Assembly: GCF_009914755.1 (NCBI RefSeq)
Contig: NC_060927.1
From: the human T2T-CHM13v2.0 reference genome, Homo sapiens
DNA length: 64,000 nt
Strand: one strand, 5' to 3'
Part shown: piece by piece, positions 29,966 through 43,063 of the stretch
Layout: every line of letters starts with the position of its first letter
Numbering within the stretch: the stretch's first letter is position 1
Translations under genes and position numbers: made by a program
The notes under the pieces: model-generated
Databases searched by the model: none
What the model saw: the letters and a program-made list of their open reading frames with translations, nothing else
What the model was told of the DNA's origin: nothing

Positions 29966-30442
29966 TTTCTTTCAAGGAGCAAATACTAAGTCAATATACA
30001 TGATTTAGCTCTAAGTCAGCAAATAATTCCCATTTTTTTTCTTAATTTGAATAGAACAAAATTATAATGCTTATAATATTAGGTGGGTATTTTGTAGCTC
30101 ATTCTGTTTGGGTGGATAAGTAATTTTAAAGTCAAGAATTTTGAAAAATATAATGTTAAAACACAAACATTAAGTGATGGTCTATGCTTTAGTGTTAAAA
30201 CCAATGGTAGCTCACAGTACTCAAAGCAGCTAGCATTAGTATCCAAATGGGAAAACACAGCAATCAGTATTTCTTCTCAAACAATTTGTTGTTTGTACAA
30301 TGAGCAATTAGGTCTATTCTGTGTCCCAGGTTTGTCTCAAATTGATTTTTCTCCCTCTGTTTTACCTGCTAACTTATTCAGCTTGGACCCTCTCATCTCT
30401 TGCCTAAATTATTATATTATCTTTGTAATACAGAGTCTGACT

Positions 30443-30444
<2 letters not shown>

Positions 30445-30473
<29 letters not shown>

Positions 30474-30754
30474 GAGATGGAGTCTCACTCTGTCGCCCAG
30501 GCTGGAGTGCAATGGTGCAATCTCGGCTCACTGCAACCTCCACCTCCAGGATTCAAGCAATTATCTGCCTCAGCCTCCCTAGTAGCTGGGATTACAGGCA
30601 CCCATCACCCCGCGCAGCTGATTTTTTTGTATTTTTAGTAGAGCCAGGATTTCACCATCTTGGCCAGGCTGGTCTTGACCTCCTGACCTCGTGATCCACC
30701 CACCTTGGCCTCCCAAAGAGGTGGGATTACAGGCGTGAGACACCACGCCCGGCC
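30445..30754 (-). mobile_element. Alu (AluSc-like)
   Basis: T29 tail, full dimer, CTGACCTCGTGATCC; TSD CTGACTCC on both sides. Confidence 0.95.
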
Positions 30755-31219
30755 CTGACTCCATTTTTTTTTAAATGCTTGAGTCCTGATGGCTCTGAAA
30801 CCCACCATTTTCTCGTCCTCTTTGCCCCACCTTTGGGCAGCTGATATAAGACCCAGAATGTTATATCCCAGGGCACCTGCAAATAGTTCAAACCACATAT
30901 AGGAACACTTACCCTGGCCTTGCCATTGAACCACCATAAAGATACAAAGCCACTCTTCCCACTGTTGTCTCAACCTATATTCCAAAACTGCTTAGAATTC
31001 ACTGTTCTCCCACAAAGTCTCATTACGTAAATGCTAAAGATTTTCATACCCTCTTGGGCTGTGTGTGTGGGGGTGGGAGGGGGGTCGTCATCAGTTTTAA
31101 TATCTAAACCAAATTTTGAATGAGAGTCCACGCTGCTTTTGTGGGTGGCCATACTATCCTCCTGAGTAAATGCTCCACTGATGCCCCCTCCAAATCAATA
31201 TTCCATTCTCCATTTAAAG

Positions 31220-31756
31220 CAAAAGTAGAGTTTTAAAGAGTTAATCTTCCTAAAAACATTAGATTACTTATTTGAATATTCTCAGTCTCTGTCTTAAAAT
31301 GAAATGCCCAGTCTTTGTCTACAAGCCCTCCATGACCAGAGACTTGCTCATTTTTCCAACCTCACTGAGTACTATATTCTACTAAGATATCAAACCCCAG
31401 CTATAATTATTCTTTATATTTTTTTTAATATCTCCATTTTTTTCTACCTCCAGGACTTTGTGCATTCTCTTCTCTCTTCTTGGAATAATCTTCTTCCCTC
31501 ATGTCCTCTTTACTTCAAATGGTAAACCATTTGTCTTTCTTTAAGTTTTAGCTTACATGCTACCTTTTTAGAGAGTTGTTCATTGTCTACTGTCTGAAGA
31601 AGGTACACTTCTCATACTTCCTACCTCAGTCTGTAATTTGTTATCCTCCAAGCTTCAGGAAGGCAGAGACTGTGTCTTTTTTCATTTACTCTATAAACTA
31701 GTCCCTAGCAGAGTATCTACCACAAAATAAATATTGTTAAATGAATGAATGAATGA
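31220..31756 (+). mobile_element. L2 3' end
   Basis: CTCCAGGACTTTGTGCAT..TGGAATAATCTTC; AAGCTTCAGGAAGGCAGAGACTGTGTC; terminal AAATATTGTTAAATGAATGAATGAATGA. Confidence 0.8.
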
Positions 31757-32552
31757 CCAACTGGTTCAGAAGTTAAGTCCTTATACATACGTCACTTAAA
31801 GAATGATTAAGATTAAATTCAATCAACTGAATGACATGGAAATGGTATGCAGTCACCCACAAAATAGTCAAAAACAAATAAGCAAAACAAAACTACTGCC
31901 TTGGGATAAAAAATTATAGACACTTTCTCCCTGTGTATGCTAATGTAGACAGGCAACAGATGGATCTAAAAGTATAAAAAGAATGTTTTATTTCCCCCCT
32001 GAGGTTGGAAAGGTAGAAATGCAGTGAATATGATGAAGGCAGCTGTTCTATTTCTCAGAAAGAGAATTAAAATGAGGAAATAGATTATCTCCTTTCTAAA
32101 ATAAAAGCCACGGCACCTTCTTTTTTAGTTTTTCAGACCAAAAATAAAATTGCCCATTCAGTAGAGGATTATATAGTTATTACACATCAACATCTTTTAC
32201 TTTACTTAATATAGACCTCTGATCACTGAAACAATGTATACTAAATTAACCAAAAAATCTGTATAGCCATGCTTATTGATATTATGTACACTTGTATATA
32301 AATATAAAACCTGGAAAGATCACTTCACTGGAAGGAAAGCACATGCTCAGGCAATTTATCCATTGAGTTTGACTCATGTATAATGAAGAAATTATGACCA
32401 ACACTCCCAATAATACAATGAGTTAATGTTCAGTTTGGTGGAATTATCTGGACTGAATGTTTCAGGGGGAATAATGAATGCTTTTGGCAATAATCTGTAT
32501 TTTTTCTCCAGCGATAAGTTGTTATTTCCATTATCCAGAAGTTTTCTTCAAT

Positions 32553-32685
32553 CTTTTTAATTTTTTGTAGAGGCAGGGTCTTGCTGTGTTGCCCAGGCTG
32601 GTTTCAAACTCCTGGCTTCAAGTGATTCTCGTGTCTCAACCTCTCTAAGTGCTGTTATTATAGGTGTGAGCCACCATGCCTGGCC
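32553..32685 (-). mobile_element. FLAM-C / AluJ left monomer
   Basis: TTTTGTAGAGGCAGGGTCTTGCTGTGTTGCCCAGGCTGG...GAGCCACCATGCCTGGCC; single monomer. Confidence 0.88.
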
Positions 32686-33039
32686 AGAAAGTTTTTTTAA
32701 GTGTCACATTTTCATGAAATATAATTGATTGAATCTAGTTTTTTTCTCTATTTTTCATTTTAACTGCATAGAGTTAAATAGCTTTTAATTCACACAGCAT
32801 CTTTGGTAACTGTGATTACCTTTCTCTTAATGGTTCATATTTTTGTATTTTCATTTTCTCGTTTTTTCTTGATAAAGTTTATTTGCCCACCACATATAAG
32901 CTCTTTGTTTCCTACTTTTGTCTTTATTGTTAGTTTAACTAATTTTTTGGTTTTTAATTATAAAAATTCAACTAATAAATTATGTTTCTTCTTTCTACTA
33001 CAATATTTCACTTCACTGTTTAATTAAATTAGAAAATTA

Positions 33040-33640
33040 GCCCAGAATAGAAAAATTGTTATGTCAGGAAATAAAATAAGTAGAAAATCAAACTTAATTT
33101 GGGACAAAAGAAACAACAAAACCAAATTACAAAATAGCTAAAAAATTATCAAAAAATAGTATACATGAAGACATATTGAATGCAGCATGAAAACAGTGTT
33201 TAGAGAAAAAAAGTCAAACTTAATCTATATTGTTAAATCATAGAGTCTAATGATAATTTTAGTAAGCTTTAAACCATAGATGTTTTGATAAATACAACAA
33301 AATAAGCCTAAGTATTGCAAACATTTTAATTTAGTAATTTAAAATAAAAAATTAGTAAACAAGGAAACAAAAATGTGGAACTACTAAATAAGTTCAACAG
33401 ATACAAGTAAACATTGGTGAAATAACAACCAATTGACCAAAAGAATAATTATAAAAGTCAAATAAATGCTTTAAAAATATCTAAAAATCAATCATGTAAA
33501 GATAAATGATACTAATACATGACGATGATTATGAAAGCCTGCTAAATTTCAGTAGCAATCAAGTACATACTAAAAGAGTCATAAATTACCACTTTCTTCC
33601 TCTCAAGTTTTCAAACATTAACAAAAACGCTATTTCAAGC
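33040..33640 (+). mobile_element. Degraded L1M ORF2 fragments
   Basis: TGAATGCAGCATGAAAACAGTGTTTAGAGAAAAA resembles L1 ORF2 WDAAKAVLRGK; A-rich. Confidence 0.45.
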
Positions 33641-35204
33641 TGTTTGATTACATTAGATTAATGAATAATTTCATCAACAATTTGGCGGCACTGTTTCATC
33701 AGTATCATGTTTCTGGTTTTATGTATTATTTTTTAAGCAGACAGACATATATTGTTTAACATCCTGTTTCATTGCAACCGGAGGCAAAGCAATGTTATCA
33801 TAGGCATAGATAACATCTTTGATGTTTCACAATCTTGATATTTCTAGAGCAAATTCAGCATCCCTGGCCTATGGTCTTCAAAGGCCTTGGGGAGTCAGAG
33901 CTCTATGTGGCTGGCATGTCTGCCTCGCTCGGGGGACATTGCTGTTCAGTGGGCTCACTAGCTGACAAAGCTTCACTAAGGATCATGCCATTTCACTTGA
34001 GGAAATTGGCTTAAATCCTGTTGTTAAGAACTGAAATAATCCCATTTCCCTCTTCACCTAATGTGAGCTTATTTCTGAGATTTAGGCTTCTAAAGCATGA
34101 GAGCAGGTTAGTTCAGCAAATTCTGTAAATAGTTCAGTATCATAAATGTTTGCTAAATAACAAAGCTGCTTTTTTTCCCCAGGGACATGGAAGTAAAGAT
34201 GTTATTTTTCAGATACACAAAGTGCAATCTGATGAGGATGGTGTTGGCATGTAGCCAAGTATGAGCTCTGCAGAAACCATGAGGCTGGGCTGGCCTTTCT
34301 TTATAGTTTTAGTTCTCTGGATCAAATTGTACCAGTCCATTAATTCAAGAGTCTTAAAAATGTCCCTCTCTTTTAGTCCTGTGGTCTTTTTCAGGACATA
34401 TATCTAAGGAAACAGATGATAATCCTCAGCCTATAGCTAAAAGTGGATTTCAAAAGGACAGCTGCAATAATTACTTCAGTGTGAAAAGATAAAAGTTGAC
34501 ACACCACAAGCTAAAATGGCTCCTGGAGCTTGTCTGGAAATCCAATAGAAACCTAATACGACCACACTGAGAGTGAAATGAGTGTTGGGAAGACTGACTA
34601 TTCCATCAGTAACTGGATGTTCCATCAGTAACACTAGTCATGCAGCCAGCAGTATCTGAGCTCATCTGATTGTAGAAATCCAAAATGTCTCCTAGTGAAC
34701 GCCTCAGTGAAAGGTAACCACACACACACACACTAAATCATAAATATTTTCCTTGAAGAGAGAGGTAGGTGAATGTAGGCTAGTGATCTCGTTCAAAAGG
34801 CCAGGCAGGAAGCTCTGGAGTCTTTAAGCTGCAGTGGAACTGGCAACAGTCAGGATTTAAAATCACTGGTACACTGTTGAGTGCTTAAAACTCTCAAGTT
34901 GACAGTAAGCTAGCATTATGCCATGAATGGGACAAGGGGCATTGGAACCATAATTAGAACATTCTACAAAGATGTCTGAAAGATGGACATCATAGGAGCC
35001 AGAGATAAACTGCTACAGTCCAGCTATTATGTATGGACTGCCTTGAGGTTTTGTATGTGGGTTCAATGTGTGTGTATGACTGGGATTCATCTGCCGAAGT
35101 CATTACTAGCCATAAATAAACAGGAAAAAACTGTTTACTTACTCCTCTGATTTCCAGTCAGAATTATGATGCTGTATCATTTTCCTGTGCACTAATAGGC
35201 TTAG

Positions 35205-35875
35205 AGAAATAATCTTTAAACTTTTTTTTTTGCTTGCATGCCCCCTTGCGCAAATATATTTTTAAATGTTCCCTTTCATATTCATTACAAATATTATTGG
35301 CACATAATTTACAAAATCAATACATAGTACATTATTTGATGAATAATCATAAAAAACATAAAATTTTGAAGCAAAATTTAAATGTTATTGGAAATCTATT
35401 GTTTAACGAGATAAATAGACATTTGGAAAATAATAATTCACTCATCTGAAGATACATGAATATAATTTATTTCTAGAATGAGACAGAATGGTGTGAATTC
35501 TATTCCTCTATTTTTGTTTTTATAGATGTAAATGCTGAGTAAATACATAGAGGGAAATAAATGAGTTTAGTTATGGCAATGCCAATCAAGATTTTCATTT
35601 CCATTGGAAGTTTTTTTTTTTGTTTCTTAACCAAAAGTTATCCGGTGATCTATAAAAATTGTTTTCAAAGGCAAAAGCAAAATTAAAGAAGAGATAAAAC
35701 ATCTGACCTACATGTGACTTGTTACACAATTGTTCACTTTGACAATTTTTGGGAAGCATAAGAAAAAGAAAAGTAAAAAAGACTTATCATGTGATTATAA
35801 TTATTCCTGCTCTTCTTTATTTCTTTCAATTTGACACACCCTGTTTGACCGCATACTCAGAGTTTGAAAAATAAA
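35205..35875 (-). mobile_element. hAT-Charlie DNA transposon relic with transposase C-terminal remnant
   Basis: Reverse complement of 35600-35400 reads ATTGCCATAACTAAACTC (IAITKL) ... TCAGCATTTACATCTATAAAAACAAAA..AGGAATAGAATT (SAFTSIKTK..RNRI), like the hAT dimerisation domain. Confidence 0.6.
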
Positions 35876-37553
35876 ATATTAATTTAAGTACATTTGTCAA
35901 TATACTATTTTAGACAAAATTTTTGTCACATTTATATATTGTAAACCTAACTAATAAAACCAGATTTCATTTTGAAGCAATCAGTTAAATCACAATTTTT
36001 TTGGTCTCATAAAATCTAAATTTATTTTTCAACTGAAATGTGTTACTATGCATTTTGAGGAATATTATTAATAAAACAGTGAATAAATAAATAATTCACC
36101 TTGTCATAAATACCACTAAAATGGTCAAATAAACATTATAATTATGTCAACATAATGTAATTATCACTTTTACATGAAGTGGGGTATATAGTAAAACACA
36201 TGGTACTCCTTTTTTTACTAAATGTATGTACATGAGTCTATTGAAATTTGGCATTCAGCTTTTGAGGATAATTAAATAAGAATGCCTATGTTTAGCAATT
36301 TATACATTATAAATTTCCTTAGACATATAACCAAGCACTTTCAATTTTTTAATAGAAGGAGAAGGTATATTCTGCTTAAACTAATCCATTCAGTAGGTAG
36401 CCTAACACTTTTTAAAAAGGGTTCAAAACATTAAAATATGTAAGATGAAAATAAGATGATAATTCAGTTTCATGAAATATAGTTTAAATACTGTTAAATG
36501 CTCACTTAGTCTGAAGAAGTTACATAACATTTTATTTTGGGCTTGAATTATATCCAATGATACTTGAAAATACTTTTAATTCCAGAAAAGTTTTTAGTTT
36601 CATCTATAGTGATCCACGTCTCTACTCTCTGTTTCTTCAGCTGACTGAAGATGTTTTGCTTTTCAGCAAGTCCTAATATTGAATATTAGAAGAGCTAATA
36701 CAAATTATGTTTCAATTATGTGAAAACTTTTAGCACTTTTACACAAATCTTCCTTCCCTCTCTCCCTTAATAGTGTGCTTTCATTTATGATAGTCAAGGG
36801 ACAGGAGAAGTCAGGTGGTTAAAAGAAAATTTCTATTACTCCCAGTGCTCCTATTCTACAGTATGTTTGATTTCAGTTCTTCCTAGTATGAACTAAAATA
36901 TTTTTATGGCATATTTCATGCTTATAAGATATATTTAATACCCTAAAAGACAGGAGACCCTGTCTTGATATCTGGTACTTTGATTACTCACTAAAGAAGT
37001 CTTTACACAACACAGGAGATTAGAGCACTGAAAGGTTTACCAAGAGGGACATGCGATATAAATTGGGAGAATGAGGGCTATTCTTTTCGTTTGAAAAGTG
37101 AGAGTACTGTTGTGAAAACGAAGGTAGAGAGAACAACAATCGTGGGGTGAGTTCATATAGAAGCAGAAGATCAGAAAACCGATTCCTCTGAAATTGGCAG
37201 TACCCACAAAGTCTCTTGGGGAGTATTCCAGTTTAAACTGGCCTGCTATCGGGGCTCAGAAGTTTGTAAACTGAGCCTATACAGAGACAATATAAATGGA
37301 AAATAGAAAATTGCTTCTCCTAGGACCCAGTGAAAATTCTGTAGTTATTGAATCTGTAACTGCAGAAGAGAAAGGACAAAAAAATCTGTTAGTCAACAAC
37401 AAATAAGTCTTTCTCTGAAATCCAGTCAACGATCCTGGAGTGATTTAGGAAAACTATAGAAGCTATTGAAATCATTAAGTATAGCCCAAGAACGGTGGAC
37501 CAGCTGGAAGAAAAAAATAGAGCTCCAGTCTCAATATAGGGAACCATCTGTGG

Positions 37554-37737
37554 CAGTGGTTTTCAACCCAGATTGCATATTGCTATCAGAATTCACCAGA
37601 GGGCTTTAAAAACTACCAGTGCCTGGGACTCACCCAAGACCAATTAAGTTAGCATCTTTGTGGTTGGGATCTAAGAATTTGAATATTTGAAATGCTCCCC
37701 AAGGATTCTGATATGCAGTATAGATTGAGAATCACTG
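37554..37737. mobile_element. MER5-family hAT-Charlie MITE
   Basis: TIRs CAGTGGTTTTCAA / TTGAGAATCACTG; GTCTAGAT target-like right flank. Confidence 0.85.
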
Positions 37738-38345
37738 GTCTAGATCATTTTAATCTAGGGAAATTGTGCAGTTGAACAAATCAGATGAAATAAAAATAAG
37801 AGAATACTTCTAATTTTGAGGCACTAAATAGAAGTGACTATAAAAGTATAGTAAACATTAAAAAGGACAAGGGTGAATCTTGCCACATCCCTTTAAAATT
37901 TTAGACAGAAATTAGTGCAGTACATTTATAGGGTCATACTTTCTTAAAAGACCATCAGAGCAGGGATAGACTGGAGGATGGAACAGGAGTCATAGTTTAA
38001 TAAATGCTACATCAAAAGTGTAGGCTAATATTTGTGTAAAAATAGGATGACAGCAAAATAAATTATAATTGAAAACTATGTGCTACAATATGACAATGGC
38101 TGCATTAAGTTGCCTTTATTTGATGGAATATAATGTACTTATTAAAATGATATTTTTATAAGATATTCAATGTATTTCATAAAACATGAATATTTTAAGG
38201 CACTAGATAATATAACATATAAAATATATGTACATTTGTATATATGTATATCCAATTTATATAAATATCTCTATATGTAATTTATGTATATGTAACATAT
38301 ACACAATTTGTATATATGTAAAATTTTTAAATTGTTAAACAAAGA

Positions 38346-39101
38346 TTTTTTTATTATACTTTAAGTTCTGGTGTACATGTGTAGAACGTGCAGGTTTGCT
38401 ACATAGGTATATACGTGCCATGGTGGTTTGCTGCACCCATCAACCCGTCATCTACATTAGATATTTCTCCTAATGCTATCCCTCTTCTAGCCCCCAGCTC
38501 TCTGACAGGCCCTGGTGTGTGATGTTACCCTCCTTGTGTCCATGTGTTCTCATTGTTCACCTCCCACTTATGAGTGAGAACATGTGGTGTTTGGTTTTCT
38601 GTTCTTGTGTTAGTTTGCTAAGAATGATGGTTTCCAGCTTCATCCATATCCCTGCAAAGGACATGAACTCATCCTTTTTTAGGGCTGCATAGTATTCCAT
38701 GGTGTATATGTACCACAATTTCTTTATCCAGTCTATCATTGATGGGTATTTGGGTTGGTTCCAAGTCTTTGCTATCGTGAACAGTGCTGCAATAAACATA
38801 TGTGTGCATGTGTCTTTATAGCAGAATGATTTATAATTCTTTGGGTACATACCCAATAATGGGATTGCTGGATCAAATGGTATTTCTAGTTCTAGATCCT
38901 TGAAAAGTGACCACACTGTCTTGCACAATGGTTGAACTAATTTACACCCCAGCAACAGTGTAAAAGAGTTCCTATTTCTCCACATCGTCTCCAGCATCTG
39001 TTGTTTTCTGACTTTTTAATGCTCGCCATTCCAACTGGTGTGAGATAGTATCTCACTGTGGTTTTGATTTGCATTTCTCTAATGACCAGTGATGATGAGC
39101 T
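38346..39101 (-). mobile_element. 5'-truncated L1PA (L1PA7-like) 3' end
   Basis: TTATTATACTTTAAGTTCTGG..CATCAACCCGTCATCTACATTAG..GGACATGAACTCATCC; ORF 38557-38997 is the ORF2 C-terminus (KDTCTHMFIAALFTIAKTWNQPK...KHHMFSLISGR). Confidence 0.95.
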
Positions 39102-39136
39102 AAGCAGGGTCAGGCCTGGTTAGTACTTGGATGGGA
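39098..39136 (+). pseudogene. 5S rRNA retrocopy fragment (nt ~50-88 of 5S rRNA)
   Basis: AGCTAAGCAGGGTCAGGCCTGGTTAGTACTTGGATGGGA matches human 5S rRNA AGCTAAGCAGGGTCGGGCCTGGTTAGTACTTGGATGGGA at 38/39; the one change is a CpG-type transition. Confidence 0.93.
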
Positions 39137-39769
39137 AATCAAAGCTATTGAGGGGCTTCTTATTGTATTTTCTTCTTGTATTTTAAAATTTTACTTTTTA
39201 AATAAGAGGACAAGGAAAAAATAATGTGCTTAATGTTTAAATATTTAACATTTTTCCAAGACTGGATCGGAATGGCATTAGTCACATTACTGTGATTCAT
39301 TAGTATTCCCTGTCATGTTTTAAAATAACTCTGCCAAGATAAAGAATGTTTAATAATAAATGCAAAAATGTATACCATTCTCTCAAACATACATCTATTC
39401 CCAGGGTGATATGCCTAGAAAAGTTTATGTGCATGTGGGTGTGTAATAAATTGAATAGCCATTCATCAAGTACACACTTATAGTGGCTTGATGGCTCAAT
39501 TTTTTGCTGGTTGTTTTCTAACAATATAGTAAGTTAAACATGTTGGGAATTTCTGAATAATGTATTCAGGACACAATATATCACTTTTATTTTAAGAATA
39601 CTACTTGATTATTTTTAGCCATTAGTAAAATTGAGGTAACAGAAAATCATGATAGAAAAGTTCAGGATATTTTAAAAAGGTTAAAAAAATTTATAATCAC
39701 TCAAGAATAATGTAATAACTGTTATTATTGTTGTGTATTACCTTAGAATGCATTTTAAAACATAATTAG

Positions 39770-41920
39770 ATCAATTTTATTGAAGTATAATTTACTTAAA
39801 GAAAATTTACCAAATATGAAAGTATAGTTTGATGAGTTTTATGAAATGTATGCAATCATGTAAACACCACCAGTATCAATCTATAGAACATTTACATCAT
39901 CCCAACTGTGTTTCTGATGGAAGCAGATAGTATGCAGTATTTTGTGTCTGCTTCTCTTATTTAGCATAATACTTTTCATGATTCATTCATGTTGCTGTAT
40001 CATTAGCACAGTTCTTTTTATTGCTATAATATTCCAGCCTTTGGGTGATACACAATTTGTTTACCCATTTACCTGTTGATAGGCATGTGGGCTTTTCCTA
40101 GTTTTTTGGCTACTATTAGAAAAATGGCTGTAAACAGCTTACTACAATTCTGACTGTAAATGTTTTAAATTTTCTTGAGTAAATACGTAAGAGCAGTTTC
40201 TAGGTTATATGGCAAACATATATTTAACTTATATGAAAATGCCAAATTAGTTTTCAAAGTGGTTGTACCACCAACAACGTATGAGAGGTCTAATTCCTTC
40301 ACATCCTTCTGAACAATTAGTATTTTCAGCCTTTTTAAATTTTTCGCCATTTTTGTGATTATGAAGATGTACATAATTGGTTTTTTAACTGACATTTACA
40401 TAATAATTAATGATATTGAGTGATTTTCATGTGGTTGTTGGCAACTTATATAGTCATTGGTATGTCTTATATCATGAAGTATCTAATCATTTGTTAATTT
40501 TAAAAATATTCATTTTTTTCATTCAGTTGCAAAATTTCTTTAATATATACATATATTTGCAAATATGTATTCTCAGTCTAATAAGACATGCTTTTCTATT
40601 TAAGTGTACAACTTCTTTTCAAAAGCAAATGGTTTAAATTTTATGTTCAGTTTAACAATTGATGAATTGTCAATATTTATTGTTCAGTGTTTCTTGTTCT
40701 GTATAAACATTGTCATCTTATCCTTGCTCACAAAGACTTCTATGTCTTTTTTTCAGACTTCTGTAATTTAGCTTTCAAATTTAGCTCTGTGTCTCAGTAT
40801 GGAGTATATAGTGAGAGGTAAGAGCAGAGTTTAGTTTGATTTTTGCATATGGATATTCAATCTTTACCTGATGAAATGTCACCAGAGACTTTTGTCAAAA
40901 TCAACTGACCATACTGTAGTGTTTGTATTTCAGAAATCATTTCTCTAATCTACTGATTGATATGGGCTTCCTTGAGCCAATACTACACAATCTTAATAAT
41001 GTAGTTTTATATTGTCTTTAAATTAAGAATTTGTATTTTAACTTTGCTATTTTTTCAAATTATTTTGACAATGTTTGGTCTTTTGTATTTCCATATAAAT
41101 TTTCAAATCAGCTTGTCAATATGTATAAAAAATTTTTAGTGTTGACTGGGATTATGTAAAATATATAAATAAATTTGAAAACTGACATCTTCATACTGAC
41201 TGTTTTATTTGGTGAACATATGTCATTACCATTTATTTAGATGATCTGTAGTTCTTCCAGTAAACTTTGTTGTTTAGTGTTCAGGTCTTACACACGTGTT
41301 CTTAAATTAATTCCTCAGTATTGAATATTTTGATGCTATTGTAATGGCATTATTTAAGTTTTTAATTCCAAAATTATCTTGGTACTATGTAAAAATAAAT
41401 ATTTTTATATATTGACCTTGTATCCTACAATTTTGAATATTGCCAGATTTACTTATTAATTTAAGAAACTTGTTTCTAAAATTTTTAGTAATTTTCTCCA
41501 TCATGTAATTTATGAATAAAGAAAGTTTTCCTCTCTAACTTTCTATTCTTATAGTTTTTTACTTATTTTGGGTTTTGTATTGAACAGGCTAGAACCTAAA
41601 AACTATATTAAATAGAAGTGATGAGAGCACACAGCTTTATTTTTTCCCATTCTTAGGGGAAAAAAAAAACTTTTGTCTTTCTTGGGTAATAATAAAAAAC
41701 TTTTGTCTTTCTTGGGTAATAAATAAATAAATAAATAGTTCCTTTATTACCAGTCTTCTGACAGCTTTCTTTTCTTAAATATAAATGTCTGTTATTTTTT
41801 TTAAATCTATAGGTTAATCGTATGTCTTTTTCCTCCTTACATACTATCAACATTTTGTATTACATTGATTGATTTCTAGAATGTAAAATCAATTTTGCAT
41901 TGCTGAAATGGACCCCACTT
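39770..41920 (-). mobile_element. Old L1 (L1ME1-like) 3' UTR and ORF2 fragments
   Basis: TTTTATTGAAGTATAATTTAC..GTATAGTTTGATGAGTTTT..TTTTCAAAGTGGTTGTACCA..TTTGTCAAAATCAACTGACCATA..TTCCATATAAATTTTCAAATCAGCTTGTC. Confidence 0.8.
41664..41722. repeat. Perfect 29-bp direct tandem duplication (period 30)
   Basis: AAAAAACTTTTGTCTTTCTTGGGTAATAA at 41664-41692 and 41694-41722. Confidence 0.95.
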
Positions 41921-42752
41921 GGAAGTTGAGGTTATTTGCAAACTGAAAAATGAAGGAACTGAAAGAGGGCTCTTATAGGAAGAGAGTACATAATGATATC
42001 TGTAGATAAATGATATAAATGAGATAAGGACAGGGCAGTTAGTGAAGATTACAAAATTTGAGATATTTCTCAGAGATTGAAGGAACTGGTGGTTACTGGA
42101 GTTGAGGAGCTTGTGATATTCAGGCCTAGGTGGTATATAGGTCATACACTTGGATATAAATATTACAAAAAAATGATGGTGATTATGGGGTAGAGAGAAT
42201 GATATAGATCCAGGACTGAACATATTTAGTAAGTAAGAAATGACTAGAAAGTAGACAGATATAACAAGGAGAAGAGGGTGTCCAGGATTTAAGTGAGCAG
42301 AGATTTTGCTGGAATGCCAGTTTGGAAATGAGATTGGTCTAAAACCTTAGATAGCTGTGCAATATTTCTAGAATACTAATTTTTTCTTCACGTAGTCTTT
42401 TGAAACCAACAAGAAATGTGTGGGCCTTATTTTACACCAGTTACCAACTACTTGCACTTGGCGGACAGACAGGCTCACCTGCCAGACCTTCCGTAGCAAT
42501 CTATTTGCTCAGCATGACATCACTGGAGCAGGGTCATGATAGCTCATGAGATCTGATGGCTCAGTTTGGGGGACTTTTTTCAAGTTAGTGATTAAACATA
42601 GTCATTATTAAAAATTAAATTATATAATCCTACAGTTTTAATAATTACATTAAAACACAGGTAATAAGTAATTCAAAACTCAACGGTATCAATTTCTACT
42701 ATATTTCTACATTTCACTATTATCTCTTCCCTGAAGGTTATCTTTATTATAA

Positions 42753-43063
<311 letters not shown>

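Noticed and set aside
36780-37500. Purine-rich block that might be an old LTR or L1 piece
   Set aside because: No termini or diagnostic motif I can recognise; left unannotated.
38557-38997. 146-aa ORF with a recognisable protein sequence
   Set aside because: It is the C-terminus of L1 ORF2 in a truncated L1PA, with no promoter or upstream domains. An open stretch this long is expected for a young L1.
39098-39136. Functional 5S rRNA gene
   Set aside because: Only 39 of about 120 nt; it lacks the 5' half, the 3' end and the terminator.
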